Positions 62,125 to 64,000 of a DNA stretch of 64,000 nt are shown here, piece after piece. Each line of letters starts with the position of its first letter. The stretch's first letter is position 1. The stretch spans positions 126,604,799 through 126,668,798 of the forward strand of contig NC_068982.1 of NCBI RefSeq assembly GCF_001194135.2. The letters run 5' to 3'. Both the position numbers and the translations under genes were made by a program. The notes beneath the pieces are model-generated. The model searched no databases and was not told where the DNA came from. It was given only the letters and a program-made list of their open reading frames with translations. This DNA is from Octopus bimaculoides (lineage: Eukaryota).

Positions 62125-62168
<44 letters not shown>

Positions 62169-62435
62169 NNNNNNNNNNNNNNNNNNNNNNNNNNNNNNNN
62201 NNNNNNNNNNNNNNNNNNNNNNNNNNNNNNNNNNNNNNNNNNNNNNNNNNNNNNNNNNNNNNNNNNNNNNNNNNNNNNNNNNNNNNNNNNNNNNNNNNNN
62301 NNNNNNNNNNNNNNNNNNNNNNNNNNNNNNNNNNNNNNNNNNNNNNNNNNNNNNNNNNNNNNNNNNNNNNNNNNNNNNNNNNNNNNNNNNNNNNNNNNNN
62401 NNNNNNNNNNNNNNNNNNNNNNNNNNNNNNNNNNN

Positions 62436-62481
<46 letters not shown>

Positions 62482-62683
62482 AAAAATATAGGAAGGATTA
62501 GTGTGTGGGTGTGATAGGAAAAAAAGAAATGAATATAGATAGGTAAGCGTATACATAGGTACACATGCACACGCACACACACACACACAAATGTGCGTGC
62601 ACTTACATACACAGATATGCATACATACAGACATGCACGTACACACACACACACATACGCACACACACACACACACACACATA

Positions 62684-63498
62684 TTGTGTTGAGTCAAAAA
62701 TTTTGCAATATTTTGTGAACTTAATTGCTTTATTCATTGTGTTACAACAAAAACAATCCAGCATTTAAAGTAGAAGCCATCATGTTGCCCAGTCTGGAGC
62801 CCACCTTTCTGCCAGTTCTTTGATCTCACACAGGTACAACTTCTTGTCCTTTGAGGCAAAAAGCTTCATCTTTAGAGGTTCTGCTTCTCTTTGTTGCTGA
62901 GCAGATTGAACATCATGAGCGCAGGATGGGAGCCCTGAATCAGAACAAGTAATAATCCGAAGGAGGTAGGTCTTGACTATATGCTGGGTGTGAAATTAGT
63001 TTGATTCCTGCAAGTTCCTGTGCTGACAACACTTTGTCAACCAAGAGAAGGTGGAAGCTTCAATGGAGGAGTTCTTCACCTCGAAGAACAAGAACTAGTT
63101 TTAGCATGGGGTTAAAGAACTGGCAGAAAGGTGGCTTCAGAAAGATAGGTGGTGAGCTGGCAGAAACGTTAGCATGCTGGACGAAATGCTTAGCGGTATT
63201 TTGTCCTTGTCCTGAGTTCAAATTCTGCCGAGGTCGACTTTGCCTTTCATCCTTTCGAGGTCGATAAATTAAGTACCAGTTACGCACTGGAGTTGATATA
63301 GTCGACTTAATCCGTTTTTCTGTTCTTGTTTGTCCCCTCTGTGTGTAGCCCCTTGTAGGCAGTAAAGAAATAAGAAAGGTGGCTTCAGAAAGTGCAACAC
63401 GGTGGCCTCTACTTTAAATACTGGGTTGTTTTTGTTGTAACTTGACGAATAAAGCAAATAAGTCACCAAAATATTGTAAAACTTTTGATTCAACACAA
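62684..63498. mobile_element. mariner-derived element made of two inverted right ends, TA-flanked
   Basis: Minus arm: SHPAYSQDLPPSDYYLF..FASKDKKLYLCEIKELAERW..QHDGFYFK; plus arm: EEFFTSKNK..VKELAERWLQKVQHGGLYFK; TA|ttgtgttgagtcaaaaatttt..aaaacttttgattcaacacaa|TA. Confidence 0.85.
63145..63372 (+). mobile_element. Family C SINE, near-consensus, 20-bp TSD
   Basis: TSD agaaaggtggcttcagaaag at 63125-63144 and 63373-63392. Confidence 0.95.
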
Positions 63499-63512
63499 TA
63501 TATATATATATA

Positions 63513-64000
63513 TCATCATCATCATCATCATCATCATCATAATTGTTTAACATCCGCTTTCCATGGTGGCATGGGTTAGATAGTTTGACTAAAGTCAGTA
63601 GGTTGCACCAGTAGGTTGCACCAGTAGGTTGCACCAGTAGGTTGCACTTGTAGGTTGCACCAAGTCAGTAGGTTGCACGAGGCTCCAATCTGATCTGGCA
63701 GAGTTTCTACAGCTGGATGCCCTTCGTAATGCCAACCACTTCGAGACTGTAGTGGGTTCTTTTTATGTATCACCAGCACAGGAGCTAGTACCACATTCGG
63801 ATGGTGTTTTTATGTGCCACCAGCATGGGAGCCAGTCAGAGGGCACTGGCATCGACCACTTTCAGATGGTGCTTTTTATGATGCGACACATGAAATCTTT
63901 TGAGCGGGATCGTTGCCTGTGCCCATGGACTGGCTCTTGTGCGAGTGACACATGAGGTTTTTCGAGCGAGATCGTTGCCGGTGCCCCTGGACTGGCTCTT
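63513..64000 (-). mobile_element. Family A 3' end (runs off the window) carrying a 13-bp minisatellite
   Basis: (cagtaggttgcac)x~6 at 63596-63678 inside the terminal motif. Confidence 0.88.

Noticed and set aside
1679-62697. Long ORFs rich in His/Thr, Tyr/Ile, Cys/Val, poly-D/E/P/G or X
   Set aside because: Translations of microsatellites and N-gaps, not coding.

Overview
Eukaryotic, AT-rich, repeat-saturated draft-assembly window with many N-gaps. The repeat inventory and microsatellite load suggest a cephalopod (Octopus-like) scaffold; this is an inference. Almost all ORFs in the supplied track are artefacts of microsatellites or N-gaps. The window is dominated by: (A) about 22 5'-truncated copies of one RTE-clade LINE, with a long 3'UTR holding a ~65-bp tandem array and a (GAT)n tail; the longest copy shows a PHD-type C4HC3 finger inserted inside the RT; (B,C,E) three tRNA-derived SINE families; R4/Dong-like REL-endonuclease LINE remnants, one embedded in a (TAA)n tract; Penelope-like remnants, one with a decayed hammerhead core; mariner, pogo-like, hAT and piggyBac-like DNA-transposon relics and MITEs; and Helentron/HINE-like elements. 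Several short minus-strand segments with splice signals and open frames may be exons of one large host gene (some WD40-like), but the protein could not be identified. No CRISPR, rRNA or bona fide tRNA gene is supported.
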